Below, one piece after another: positions 54,996 to 64,000 of a stretch of DNA of 64,000 bases. Origin of the DNA: a virus. Positions within the stretch are counted from its first letter, which is position 1, and each line of letters opens with the position of its first letter. The notes beneath the pieces are model-generated. The model was not told where the DNA came from. It saw nothing but the letters and a program-made list of their open reading frames with translations, and did not search any database. The translations under genes were made by a program, and so were the position numbers. The DNA lies in the IMG/VR virus record IMGVR_UViG_3300044614_001780; one strand, written 5' to 3'.

Positions 54996-56714
54996 TCAAG
55001 ACACAATCTTGCTAAATCCTTTCACCTTCTCGACTTTTAAAACTCGATCAAACAAATCTATCATCTCATCGGTTTTATGTGATATTACTAAAATATTAGA
55101 ATCTGTGATGACATATCTTATAATTTTAGTAAAGTATTCAATTCCCGTACTATCCAAAGAACTATCAAAAACTTCATCAAGTATCAACAAGTTTGTTCTT
55201 ATAGAATTTTTAATTCTAGCAATTTCTCTCCAAGTAAACAGTAGTGCAAGATTAATTCTCATTTTTTCACCCTCACTGAAAGATTCATAACTAAATTCTT
55301 CATGTATTGGAGATTTAATACTTTCAGAAAATTCTTCGTCTAGGGAAAAATTAATATAAAAGTCCATCATCTGGAGATACTTATTAATTTGTTGATTCAT
55401 GATTGGGAGGTATTTTTTAATAATTTTTGCTTTTACCCCACCATCTTTCAATAAACCTTGAACAAATTCATAGTAAGAATTAATTTCTTTATACTTTGCT
55501 CTATCTTCTTCAAGTTTAGAAAAAGAATTCTTCAATTCCTTTAACACATTTCTTTCAGTATTTTTATTTTTGTTTCGTGTGTTAAGTTTTTGAATTTCTT
55601 GCTGAAGTTCTCTTGTTTGCTTATTAAATTGAGAAATTTTAGTGTTGTTGTTAGATACTTCATTGTTTATGTTTAGAATTTTCTTAGAAAGTTCAGAAAA
55701 TCGTTCTTCTCTTTTTTCTTCTTGAGAAATCGATTTTTCCAGTTCTACAAATCCAACTTCTAATTCATCTAATTTTTCTCTAAACTCTTCAATCTTATTT
55801 AATCGAAAGTTATCTTCTATCTTTTGTGTGCAAGTAGGGCATTCCGAACTATTTTCAAAAAACTCTTTTTGCTCAGAGTGTGTGCTAACTTTTTCTTGTA
55901 TTTTTATTTTAAGTGATGTTAGTTGTTTTATTTTTTTAATGCATGAGGAAAGTTCCTCAATCTCTGGTTGAAGATTGGTCTCAATTAAATTTTGTTTTGT
56001 ATTATTTTCTATCTCAATTTCTTTTACCTTTAATTCAAGTTCTTTTATTTTATTTTCCTTCTCTTCTATTTGATTTTCAATATCCCTTTCTATACTCTCT
56101 ATAAACTTTTTTTGCATTTCAATTTTTTCACCAGTATTTTGGTGCTTAAATGCAATTTCTTTTATTTTTTCCGAAGTTGTTTTTATTTTCTCTTTTACAA
56201 TTGAATTCATTGCTGAAAATATTTTTATATCAAGCAAGTCTTCAACAATTTCTCTTCTGTTAGCAGTTGATAATTGCATAAAGGGAACAAAAGATGCACT
56301 TCCCAATATTACAATTTGAGTAAACGATTTATAATTTAATTTTAAAACTTGTTTCTCTAACCAATCTTGCTGGTCATTATTTGATGCCAATTGATCTACA
56401 AGTTTACCATCTTTATAAATTTCAAATAATGCTGGTTTTATTCCTCTGCGAACCATCCAATTTGACTTTTGTGCTTCAAACTCAATCTCAACTAAACAAT
56501 CTTTTTCATTTGTTGAGTTAATCAACTGATTTTTTGTAATTTTTCTAAAAGCTTTATTGAAAAGAACAAAGCATAGTGCATCAAGTAGTGTAGATTTTCC
56601 ACTTCCATTTGTTCCAATTATTAGTGTTGTAGATGTTTCTTTAAAATTTATTTCTGTAAAATTATTTCCTGTCGATAAAAAATTACGGAATCTGATTTTG
56701 TCGAAGATAATCAT
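54996..56714 (-). CDS. gp46: Recombination exonuclease ATPase subunit (Rad50-like)
   Basis: NGSGKST, CPTC hook, FSEGE and LDE motifs. Confidence 0.96.
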   Translation of the reverse strand: MIIFDKIRFRNFLSTGNNFTEINFKETSTTLIIGTNGSGKSTLLDALCFVLFNKAFRKITKNQLINSTNEKDCLVEIEFEAQKSNWMVRRGIKPALFEIYKDGKLVDQLASNNDQQDWLEKQVLKLNYKSFTQIVILGSASFVPFMQLSTANRREIVEDLLDIKIFSAMNSIVKEKIKTTSEKIKEIAFKHQNTGEKIEMQKKFIESIERDIENQIEEKENKIKELELKVKEIEIENNTKQNLIETNLQPEIEELSSCIKKIKQLTSLKIKIQEKVSTHSEQKEFFENSSECPTCTQKIEDNFRLNKIEEFREKLDELEVGFVELEKSISQEEKREERFSELSKKILNINNEVSNNNTKISQFNKQTRELQQEIQKLNTRNKNKNTERNVLKELKNSFSKLEEDRAKYKEINSYYEFVQGLLKDGGVKAKIIKKYLPIMNQQINKYLQMMDFYINFSLDEEFSESIKSPIHEEFSYESFSEGEKMRINLALLFTWREIARIKNSIRTNLLILDEVFDSSLDSTGIEYFTKIIRYVITDSNILVISHKTDEMIDLFDRVLKVEKVKGFSKIVS

Positions 56715-56970
56715 TTGTTCTGGGAGGAATTACAAAGTCATTATTGGTAATTATAACATAATTATAATCATGCAGTTCACAAGTTCTAACTGCTAGATCA
56801 CCATCAACCTCTACTACAGACATTGGTGGATAATCTTCTGCTTCTAAAAGTCCAGCATATCTCTCTGCGTCATCTTCTTCTTCAAAAAAGTATACTACTT
56901 GTTCTCCAGATTCATCAAGGACAGCATATGCTCCTTCATCTTCTTGCCCCTCTATTGTTAATATGTACAT
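56683..56970 (-). CDS. Conserved acidic hypothetical protein
   Basis: Between gp47 and gp46. Confidence 0.8.
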   Translation of the reverse strand: MYILTIEGQEDEGAYAVLDESGEQVVYFFEEEDDAERYAGLLEAEDYPPMSVVEVDGDLAVRTCELHDYNYVIITNNDFVIPPRTNDYLRQNQIP

Positions 56971-57007
56971 CTCATGGCAATGATGGTTTTTATGTATTTA
57001 TTAATTA

Positions 57008-58051
57008 TTATTCCACTTCCAATGCCTCCATATAAACATCTTTAATAATTCTTTTTGCCAAATTTTTATCTAAATTAAACTCCGAATCCTCAATATAACT
57101 TGTCAAAATAGACATAGTATCCTCTACATCCAACTCTGAGCACTGATAATTTGAATCATCAATATCTAAAATTTCAGATACCTTTAATTCAATAAATGAA
57201 ACTTTTGACAATTCATCTAAAAACAAATCGAACTTTTTCTGGTTTGTTTTTTTCCTAACAATTAATTTAATAATTTTATCTTTTAGAAGATTTTTATCAA
57301 TTGAATTAATGTTTGTATCTTCATAGTATATTTTTTCAAAAATAGTATGAGGATTTTCTATAAAGTTTAAATCGAGAGTTTCCGTATCAAAGATATTAAA
57401 TCCCCTTTTATCATTATAGTCATTCCAAAACATCTGATAAGGATTTCCTATATAAAATATTTTTCCATCATCACTTTTAGTGTGATAATGTCCAGAAAAC
57501 ACCTTATCAAATTTGTTAAATATTTTTTTATCCATCCCATGTGGTTGTAGTTGTCCAGGAAAAACAGAGAACCCACACAACTCCAAGTGTCCAAATACAA
57601 CTTTAGATTCTGTTGTTTCTAATAAATTAAAGATACTTTCTTGATTTTCTGGACAAATCCAAGGAAGTAATAACATATCCAACCCATCAATAGTTATTTC
57701 TTTTGGACTGGATATTTTTATAACATTACTATAACTATCCAATAAAATGTCAATAGAGTTTACTTGGTTTGTATTTTTATAGTAAGTATCATGATTTCCC
57801 ACTATACTATAAACACTTATTCCCAATTTTAAAAAATTATCATATACGTTTTCTTTTGCCCATTTAAGTGCCCAATAATCTACCCCTTTACGATTATCAA
57901 AGGCATCACCTAAATGGATTACGGTTTTTATATTATTTTCTTTTAAGTAAGGAAAGAAAATTTCTTTATAAAATTTTGCAAAATAATCATGAAAATTTTT
58001 ATTTGCTTTTTTGAAGTTATAATGAGTATCAGTAATTAAAGCAATCTTCAT
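57008..58051 (-). CDS. gp47: Recombination nuclease subunit (Mre11-like)
   Basis: DTH, GDAFD, GNHD and SGHYH motifs. Confidence 0.96.
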   Translation of the reverse strand: MKIALITDTHYNFKKANKNFHDYFAKFYKEIFFPYLKENNIKTVIHLGDAFDNRKGVDYWALKWAKENVYDNFLKLGISVYSIVGNHDTYYKNTNQVNSIDILLDSYSNVIKISSPKEITIDGLDMLLLPWICPENQESIFNLLETTESKVVFGHLELCGFSVFPGQLQPHGMDKKIFNKFDKVFSGHYHTKSDDGKIFYIGNPYQMFWNDYNDKRGFNIFDTETLDLNFIENPHTIFEKIYYEDTNINSIDKNLLKDKIIKLIVRKKTNQKKFDLFLDELSKVSFIELKVSEILDIDDSNYQCSELDVEDTMSILTSYIEDSEFNLDKNLAKRIIKDVYMEALEVE

Positions 58052-58518
58052 TGATATAGTTTAATTTGAATATTGTCCTTAATGCTATTGTACTCCGAAC
58101 TATTGGTTCTGTCACCATCAACTGAAAAAACTTGGTCATAACCGCTTCTTTCAATGATTTTTTCCTTGATCTCCATTTGCTTCTTTTCTTTATGAATTCT
58201 TCTCAGAAATGCATAGTAAACAATCTGAGTAAAATATGCAAATGGATTTGTTCTCTCAACATCAAAATTGTTTATATAATGAACACAGTTTTCAACTCCA
58301 TCACTTATCATATCTTCTCTAAACATATAGTTTACAAAATTAGGACGATATGATAAGTGATTTGCAATTTTCAAAAAACAATCCCCAAGATAATTTGAAA
58401 TCCTTGGTGGTGGTAAACCTTTTTTCTTTGCAACGTCAACTTTCTTTTTATGCTCAATAAGAGCAAGGTGAAATTCTTTGTTATTGACGTAATGGGGATT
58501 TTTTCTTTCCTTACTCAT
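58048..58518 (-). CDS. gp55: Late transcription sigma factor
   Basis: HYVNNKEF, REDMISDG.ENC and NPFAYFTQI motifs. Confidence 0.97.
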   Translation of the reverse strand: MSKERKNPHYVNNKEFHLALIEHKKKVDVAKKKGLPPPRISNYLGDCFLKIANHLSYRPNFVNYMFREDMISDGVENCVHYINNFDVERTNPFAYFTQIVYYAFLRRIHKEKKQMEIKEKIIERSGYDQVFSVDGDRTNSSEYNSIKDNIQIKLYQ

Positions 58519-58551
58519 TATTGATTAGTTTAATTTTTGTTTATGGTTTAA

Positions 58552-58623
58552 ATTATAACACTAATACTAGAGAGTTGACAAGGGTTATGCTTTCTGTGTA
58601 AAATAACTCTGTGGAGGTTCAAG
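58552..58623. promoter_or_regulatory. Bidirectional sigma70 promoter (gp55 leftward; antisense rightward)
   Basis: Minus strand TTGTCA-N18-TATAAT; plus strand TTGACA-N18-TAAAAT followed by ACTCTGTGGAGGTTCAAG. Confidence 0.6.
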
Positions 58624-58635
58624 ACTATAATAGAA

Positions 58636-59028
58636 CTAATTTTCTAGTTTATATAATTTCTCTAGGTAAATCCTTGCATCTGCAATTGAGGATAGATATC
58701 CCATGTTTGCTGTTGGTTTATTTACTTTAGATTCTTTATTTTTATTTCTAATATACTTACTATACATTTTAAGCATATCCTCATCTGTTACTTCAGACAT
58801 TGTTAATACTTTGTCCATATTAATAATAAACATTGAATCATCAGTAAATTTAATCCATGGATTTACCTTTACTCCAGTTAATCCAAATTGCTTTAAATTA
58901 ATAGTTTCAATTGTAACTGGATTATCCAAAATTAACAGTGTACGTTCATCTTCCTCACAAGGACAAACCTTTGAGAATATTTCTTCTCCAGATATTAATT
59001 TAATTACTGCATAAAATTCTTCTTCCAT
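58636..59028 (-). CDS. Conserved T4-like hypothetical protein (Sm-like)
   Basis: IKLISGEEIF..PW; position between uvsW and gp55. Confidence 0.85.
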   Translation of the reverse strand: MEEEFYAVIKLISGEEIFSKVCPCEEDERTLLILDNPVTIETINLKQFGLTGVKVNPWIKFTDDSMFIINMDKVLTMSEVTDEDMLKMYSKYIRNKNKESKVNKPTANMGYLSSIADARIYLEKLYKLEN

Positions 59029-59036
59029 AGTTAAAA

Positions 59037-60500
59037 TTATTCTTTAAAATTAATTTGTAATACTTCATAATTAAAATTCTCTTCGTTGTAAATTTTAATT
59101 CTCTCAATCAAATGATTTAACGTATAATTTTTTTTAGACCTATACGTAATATCATCTGCAATGTCATAAAGAATTGCTTTTGATTTATTATCTCCTTTCC
59201 TTAATACTCTTCCAATGGATTGGAGATTTCTGATTCTTGATTTTGATGGTGAAGCAAAAATAACATTGTGTAAATTTTTAATATTTACTCCTGTTGAAAA
59301 TGTTCCGTAAGAGGCAACGATAATTGCATTATTTTCTTTTTCTGTAATCTCTCTTACTTTTTCTCGTTCTTCTGCATCAACTCCACCATAAACAAAGAAT
59401 ATTTTTCTATCTTTTGAAGCAGAATTATTTATCAGGTTGTAAATTGGTACTCCATGAGTTTCTACTCGATTAAAAAGCACAAGAGTATTGCCTTTTAAAT
59501 CTAGTGCTAAATTTTTTATAAATTTATTTCTTTTCTCATGTCCAATTATATACTGAATTTCTTCTTCGTATTCATTAAATTGATGCTCACTATGTTTTAA
59601 TAGAAGAACTTTTATTTGTAGTTTAGATAGATGTCCTTTTTCTATTAGTTCTTTAGTTTGAGTTACCTTATATGATGGACCAAAAAGACCTTCCAAAACC
59701 CATTTATGCGTCTGTGAACCATCCAATGTTCCAGTAAATCCAAATCTATATTTTGTATTATCCAACTTACCCATAATACCAATTAATGATTTAGATTTAA
59801 ATTGATGTGCCTCGTCACCAATTACAACATCAAAATGTTCATAGAATGTTCTTGGTAGTTTATAAATTGATTGCCATGTAGTAATCACTACTGGGTGTTC
59901 GTTTGTCTTTTCACGACCACTATAGATACGATGGCAGAAGTCCTCAGCATTCCATCCATAGTCTTGAAAGTCTTTGAACATTTGTTCGACCAAGGAGGTT
60001 GTGGGGACCACTAGAAGAATCTTTTGATCTCTTTCTGCAAAATATCTAACAATCGAGTAAATCATCAAAGACTTTCCCGATGCAGTTGGTGAAATTAAAA
60101 GTTTACGATTGTATCTAAGTGCATCATAAACAGCATCAATTTGATAATCCCTAGGTTTGTGTTTAGAGATTCGAGTCATATAATCTTTAATCCCTTCATG
60201 GGAGACATGTTCATTTTCTTCAAATGGAGTCCCATAAAATTTATTATTTTCAAATTCAATTGAATAATTTGATTTCTTTGCCCAAGAAATTACCTTATCC
60301 AAAAGACCTACATAAATTTCTCCAGTAGCAATTGAAAATAAACGAATTTTTCCATCCCAATATTTACTTCTATATTGAGGCATGAACTTTGCCCCTGGAA
60401 CATCAAAAGTAAAATAATCACTAAGTTCATGCTGAATATGGGGATCAGCAGTAACAGTTAAGTATACTTCATTCTTTTTTCGTATTTTAATATCAGTCAT
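59037..60500 (-). CDS. uvsW: UvsW helicase
   Basis: PTASGKS, DEAH, TGT and QSIGRVLR motifs. Confidence 0.97.
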   Translation of the reverse strand: MTDIKIRKKNEVYLTVTADPHIQHELSDYFTFDVPGAKFMPQYRSKYWDGKIRLFSIATGEIYVGLLDKVISWAKKSNYSIEFENNKFYGTPFEENEHVSHEGIKDYMTRISKHKPRDYQIDAVYDALRYNRKLLISPTASGKSLMIYSIVRYFAERDQKILLVVPTTSLVEQMFKDFQDYGWNAEDFCHRIYSGREKTNEHPVVITTWQSIYKLPRTFYEHFDVVIGDEAHQFKSKSLIGIMGKLDNTKYRFGFTGTLDGSQTHKWVLEGLFGPSYKVTQTKELIEKGHLSKLQIKVLLLKHSEHQFNEYEEEIQYIIGHEKRNKFIKNLALDLKGNTLVLFNRVETHGVPIYNLINNSASKDRKIFFVYGGVDAEEREKVREITEKENNAIIVASYGTFSTGVNIKNLHNVIFASPSKSRIRNLQSIGRVLRKGDNKSKAILYDIADDITYRSKKNYTLNHLIERIKIYNEENFNYEVLQINFKE

Positions 60501-60921
60501 ATCCAGCAGTAAATCTCATGAATTCAATTGCATTTTTTATTTGGTAAGTTCTATTTAAAATTGTCTTTAAAATACTATCCAAATAATTTAACATAGTCTG
60601 AAAATATTCAATTTTTGATGAAGTCTTCATAATTTCTTCATCAGCATCCATATACTTATCTATATCTGGTTTCAATACCTTGTGGTCAAATGGTTTTTCC
60701 TTGTATACTTCTGGGTCTGCTTTTCCAGAGTAATACATCCATTTTTCTTTTCTTAAAATTTTAAATTTATTCTCCTCTATTTTTTTAAGAAGAAGAATAT
60801 TGTTATATATTTTATAATATTTTGCATGTAATGATGGAATTTTTATAGATTCTGAATGTAGATTGTCTGGATCTAATTTTGAATCTTGTTCCCATAACGA
60901 TTGAATTTCATCAATATTCAT
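60493..60921 (-). CDS. uvsY: Recombination mediator UvsY
   Basis: LHAKY..YYSGKA..RTYQIKNAIEF. Confidence 0.93.
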   Translation of the reverse strand: MNIDEIQSLWEQDSKLDPDNLHSESIKIPSLHAKYYKIYNNILLLKKIEENKFKILRKEKWMYYSGKADPEVYKEKPFDHKVLKPDIDKYMDADEEIMKTSSKIEYFQTMLNYLDSILKTILNRTYQIKNAIEFMRFTAGYD

Positions 60922-61481
60922 AGTTCAATTTTTGTAATATTATATATTGTATATTTGAATGTTACTTGTGCTGTAATGTAATTGGAATTTGAATCCTTTG
61001 CGTCAAATCCAATTGTTGAAAGAGATACTGGAAAAAGTCCTTCAAATTTTACCGATGCAACTGGTCTAAAATTGCTATTATATACAACCAATGTTCCATC
61101 GGACTGTCCAGAAAATGCAGTTTGTTTTCCTGGATTTAAGGAATCTTCGTTTAAAAGTCTTTGATACTCCTCAAATGATTCTGGGTATCCAAATCCCCTT
61201 AACCAATTGTGGACAAGTAAATAATTCTCCATGTTCTCATCAACAATGAAATCCAAGGAGAAATCATCGTAGGTTAATTTATCTCCAGGAATTGGAATAT
61301 CCTTTAAATAAGTTGATTGTTGAGCAACACCCAAATTTATTGATGGAATGAGTGCAGTATTTGAGAAGAAATCGACTTTCGGACTTTTTGCTAATGTAAA
61401 TTTAAATCCAGTAGTAGTTAGAAAATTTCTATTACTTAACTGCCTTTGTAATGGTAATAAAGTCTCCACTTTTAATCTCAA
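60918..61481 (-). CDS. gp3: Tail tube terminator / tail completion protein
   Basis: NRNFL..FKF..IPGDKL.Y..F.VDE..NY..LFPVSL; late promoter at 61495-61500. Confidence 0.88.
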   Translation of the reverse strand: MRLKVETLLPLQRQLSNRNFLTTTGFKFTLAKSPKVDFFSNTALIPSINLGVAQQSTYLKDIPIPGDKLTYDDFSLDFIVDENMENYLLVHNWLRGFGYPESFEEYQRLLNEDSLNPGKQTAFSGQSDGTLVVYNSNFRPVASVKFEGLFPVSLSTIGFDAKDSNSNYITAQVTFKYTIYNITKIEL

Positions 61482-61506
61482 AATTATCTTTAATTATTTA
61501 TTTGCA

Positions 61507-61533
61507 TAAAAAAAGAGGGTCCGAAGACCCCCT
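61507..61533 (-). terminator. Terminator after gp23
   Basis: AGGGGGTC-TTCG-GACCCTCT plus T-run. Confidence 0.85.
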
Positions 61534-61552
61534 TAATTTCCTTAGTGATGAA

Positions 61553-62935
61553 TCACATTAGGTTGTCAACACGTACTCTTCTGTAGTAACGGTTGCTGTT
61601 TGCTTCAAGACGGCCAAGACCAGCACTAGTGCCTTCCGCAAATGGGTTAGCAACAATGCCATAACGAGTCTTGAATCCGATTTTTGGCTGGAAGCTGTTC
61701 TCACCAACTGCACGTACCATCTGGAGAGGTACATATGGGCAGTAGAAGAGACCTGCATCATAAGGTGAAGAACCCTTATAACCAACAACGTAGTACTGGT
61801 TAGCACTGTTGTTTGCTGCATATGGGTCGATGTAAACCTTGTAACGACCATTGAGAACACCTGCGAAGGTGTTACCAGTGTCATCAACGTTGAGGTTTGC
61901 ATTGAGTGCAGGGGTGTAGTCAAGAAGTCCTGCGTGGGTGAGTGCTGAAGCAACATCTGCAGAGCAGAGAATCATGTTGCCCTTTCCTCTACGAGTTCTT
62001 TGTGCAATCTGGTTTGCATCACGCTCGATTTGGAAGATAAGACCCTTGAACTTCTCAACTGACCAACGACCGTTGGAGTCAACGTCGAGGTCGAATACAC
62101 CTGAAGTTGCGGTATTGAGGGTTGCACCCTGCTCAGCAATCTTGTAGATGGTTCTGATAACTTCACGGTTGATCTCAGCAAGAATCTCGGTTGAGAGAAT
62201 ATTTGCTAATTCAGCCTCAGCATTTAGACCATGGATTGCCTTGAGGTCTTGTGCAAGCTCTAGTGAGTATTCAGCCTTGAGTGCTCTGGACTTTGCAGTA
62301 ACGGTGACTTTCTCGATTGAGAATGCCATCTCGTTGAATGCAGCAGATCCGCTACCATCAAGTGCTTCTGACTCAGCAGTGCTCATACCCTGACCTACAT
62401 TGTAGGTTCCACCACCTGGGGTGAGAAGACCTGGGTTTGAACCTGACTGTGCGGTAGTACCAAAACCAGCAGCAACACCAGTTGCACCAGCGGTATTTCC
62501 ATAACCAGCATTCTGACCAGAGAATGCGGTATCTGCTTCGTTGAATAGTGCTTCTGTTCCGTTCTGGTTTGTATACTTCGAACGCATTGCGAAGATAAGA
62601 CCAGTTGGAGCATTCATTGGTTGAACGCCTGCGAGGTCATATGCGACCAAGTTAGGCATTGAACGACGAATGAGTGAGATTAGAACTGGGTCAAAACCTG
62701 CAACAGGTGCAGATGCTGAACCACTAAAACCTGCAGCACCAGTTCCTGATGGGTTAGTGTTTACAGTTGGGGTCTCATAGAGAAAGTCACGCTCTTCACG
62801 GAGTGCTCTCTCTTGGTTTTCTAGCAGGATAGCAGTAACTGCTCTACGGTGGGAATCTTTAATTTCACCTAGACCATTATAGTCTAGGAGTGGTGCCCAC
62901 TTCTCCTGCAATTGTTCTGCGTTGAACATTTGCAT
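61553..62935 (-). CDS. gp23: Major capsid protein
   Basis: EKWAPLL, LIRRSMPNL, TAKSRALKAEY and FQPKIGFKTRYG motifs. Confidence 0.98.
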   Translation of the reverse strand: MQMFNAEQLQEKWAPLLDYNGLGEIKDSHRRAVTAILLENQERALREERDFLYETPTVNTNPSGTGAAGFSGSASAPVAGFDPVLISLIRRSMPNLVAYDLAGVQPMNAPTGLIFAMRSKYTNQNGTEALFNEADTAFSGQNAGYGNTAGATGVAAGFGTTAQSGSNPGLLTPGGGTYNVGQGMSTAESEALDGSGSAAFNEMAFSIEKVTVTAKSRALKAEYSLELAQDLKAIHGLNAEAELANILSTEILAEINREVIRTIYKIAEQGATLNTATSGVFDLDVDSNGRWSVEKFKGLIFQIERDANQIAQRTRRGKGNMILCSADVASALTHAGLLDYTPALNANLNVDDTGNTFAGVLNGRYKVYIDPYAANNSANQYYVVGYKGSSPYDAGLFYCPYVPLQMVRAVGENSFQPKIGFKTRYGIVANPFAEGTSAGLGRLEANSNRYYRRVRVDNLM

Positions 62936-62988
62936 TTTAATTTACCTCTTTATGGAAATTGTAAGTTTGATTTCTTATGATATAAAAA

Positions 62989-64000
62989 TCACTTTTTGGA
63001 AACTCTCTCAAGTGCTTGAAGATATACACCCATTGTTCCAGTTATTGGTTGGGTGTAATCAGTCTCTTCAGCCATGTAATCTTGGGTGTCTCTCTGAGTA
63101 ACTACATTCGATGGGAAATATGATTCCCTCAAAGTTACTAGTTTCTCACGATAGTCTTCTTCACTACCAAACTCAACATTTTCTGCAAGAGAAGCAAGCT
63201 TGTCTTTCTGCGAAAGTGCAAGTCCTTCAGAAACTTCCGCAAAAATTACGTCAGTTACTGATTCTGCTAGTCTCTTATTTAGAGCAACATTTCTTTCGAT
63301 CTGCTCGTTGAGTTTTGACTCCATTTCATCAAGTTTTTCTACCATGCTCTCAAGCACATCATATTTATCTTCAGGGATTGATACATAATGTTCTTCAAAA
63401 AGTCCTTTCAGACCCATGAGGAATGACTCAGTTGCCTGAGATTGAATTCCTCTTTCAACTGCGAGTGCATTCTCTTGAATCCACTCATCAGCAACATACT
63501 CTAAATATGCATCGAGTCTTTCGGTCAATGCTTCTTCAATTGCTGCAACTTCTTCTGTTAGTTGCTCTTCATAATGAGTAAGAATTGCCTCTTCAATTTG
63601 CTGTGTTCTAGCATTTAAAGCAGCTTCAAAGATTGTTTTTGCTTTATCTCTAAACTCTTCGGAAAGATCTTCACCAGATAGAAGGGCAGTTACATCTTCT
63701 TCAATTTCATTTTCAATAGCAATAAATGCTTCTTTCATTTTTTTCTTTTTATCATCTTCCTCATCTTCTTCGTCTTCTTCTTCACCCTCTTCGTCTTCGT
63801 CTTCTTCTTCTTCGTCCTCTTTTTCCTCTTTAGCAGCCTCTTCTAGTTCTTCTTCACCCTCTTCGAGTTCATACTCGTCCTCTACGAGTTCTTCATCTTC
63901 ATCTTCAGATGCTTCTTTCATTGCTTTCATAGCATCTGCTGCCTTAGCACCCTTGTTTACAACATCCTTAACTTGAGCAAGGGTTGCTCCAGGAGTTTTT
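62989..64000 (-). CDS. gp22: Prohead core scaffold protein (5' end outside the window)
   Basis: LSEEF..KA.TIFEAA and YLEYVADEW motifs; frame open to the window edge; directly upstream of gp23. Confidence 0.93.
   Translation of the reverse strand, partial: KTPGATLAQVKDVVNKGAKAADAMKAMKEASEDEDEELVEDEYELEEGEEELEEAAKEEKEDEEEEDEDEEGEEEDEEDEEDDKKKKMKEAFIAIENEIEEDVTALLSGEDLSEEFRDKAKTIFEAALNARTQQIEEAILTHYEEQLTEEVAAIEEALTERLDAYLEYVADEWIQENALAVERGIQSQATESFLMGLKGLFEEHYVSIPEDKYDVLESMVEKLDEMESKLNEQIERNVALNKRLAESVTDVIFAEVSEGLALSQKDKLASLAENVEFGSEEDYREKLVTLRESYFPSNVVTQRDTQDYMAEETDYTQPITGTMGVYLQALERVSKK

Larger units (their letters stand above)
1..64000. other. Segment of a T4-like cyanomyovirus genome
   Basis: T4 core genes (gp23, gp55, gp43, gp41, gp61, nrdAB, regA) in cyanophage order plus psbA, psbD, hli, petF, zwf, gnd, mazG and hsp20; TATAAATA late promoters. 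Confidence 0.98.

Noticed and set aside
63740-63910. (TTC/TCG/TCA)n low-complexity tract
   Set aside because: Encodes the ordinary Glu/Asp-rich region of scaffold gp22
1-64000. Alternative genetic code or stop-codon reassignment
   Set aside because: Core genes are full length under the standard code and all three stop codons are used

Overview
A 64-kb, AT-rich segment of a T4-like cyanomyovirus (Kyanoviridae-type; a freshwater Synechococcus/Cyanobium host is inferred, not shown). Almost all genes lie on the minus strand. In transcription order (right to left) the window holds: gp22 (partial), gp23, gp3, uvsY, uvsW, gp55, gp47, gp46, gp45, gp44, gp62, regA, hsp20, gp43, uvsX, gp41 and mazG; a late-controlled PD-(D/E)XK-like nuclease; late proteins with T4-style capsid-targeting N-termini; gp61, nrdA and nrdB; a block of putative internal-head polyproteins; a GIY-YIG nuclease, a secreted lysozyme-like protein and tRNA-Gly; an array of small membrane ORFs; zwf, gnd and an ndhP-like microgene; a manA-like structured RNA with an ORF looped out of it; a 9-gene glycosylation cluster; a cyanobacterial porin, two hli genes, petF and a peroxiredoxin; a C39 peptidase and a GH24 lysozyme sharing an N-terminal module; an autotransporter-like protein; an inverted 4-gene cassette of secreted/membrane proteins; and psbA (with a PhotoRC-II leader), a LOG protein and psbD. 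The best candidates for undescribed systems are the capsid-targeted, protease-cleavable polyproteins carrying enzyme modules (HAD phosphatase, RlpA-like, nucleotidyltransferase), the pseudoknot-repeat RNA that carries its own membrane protein, and the late secreted-paralog cassette. All calls come from motif recognition and manual reading; no database searches were run.
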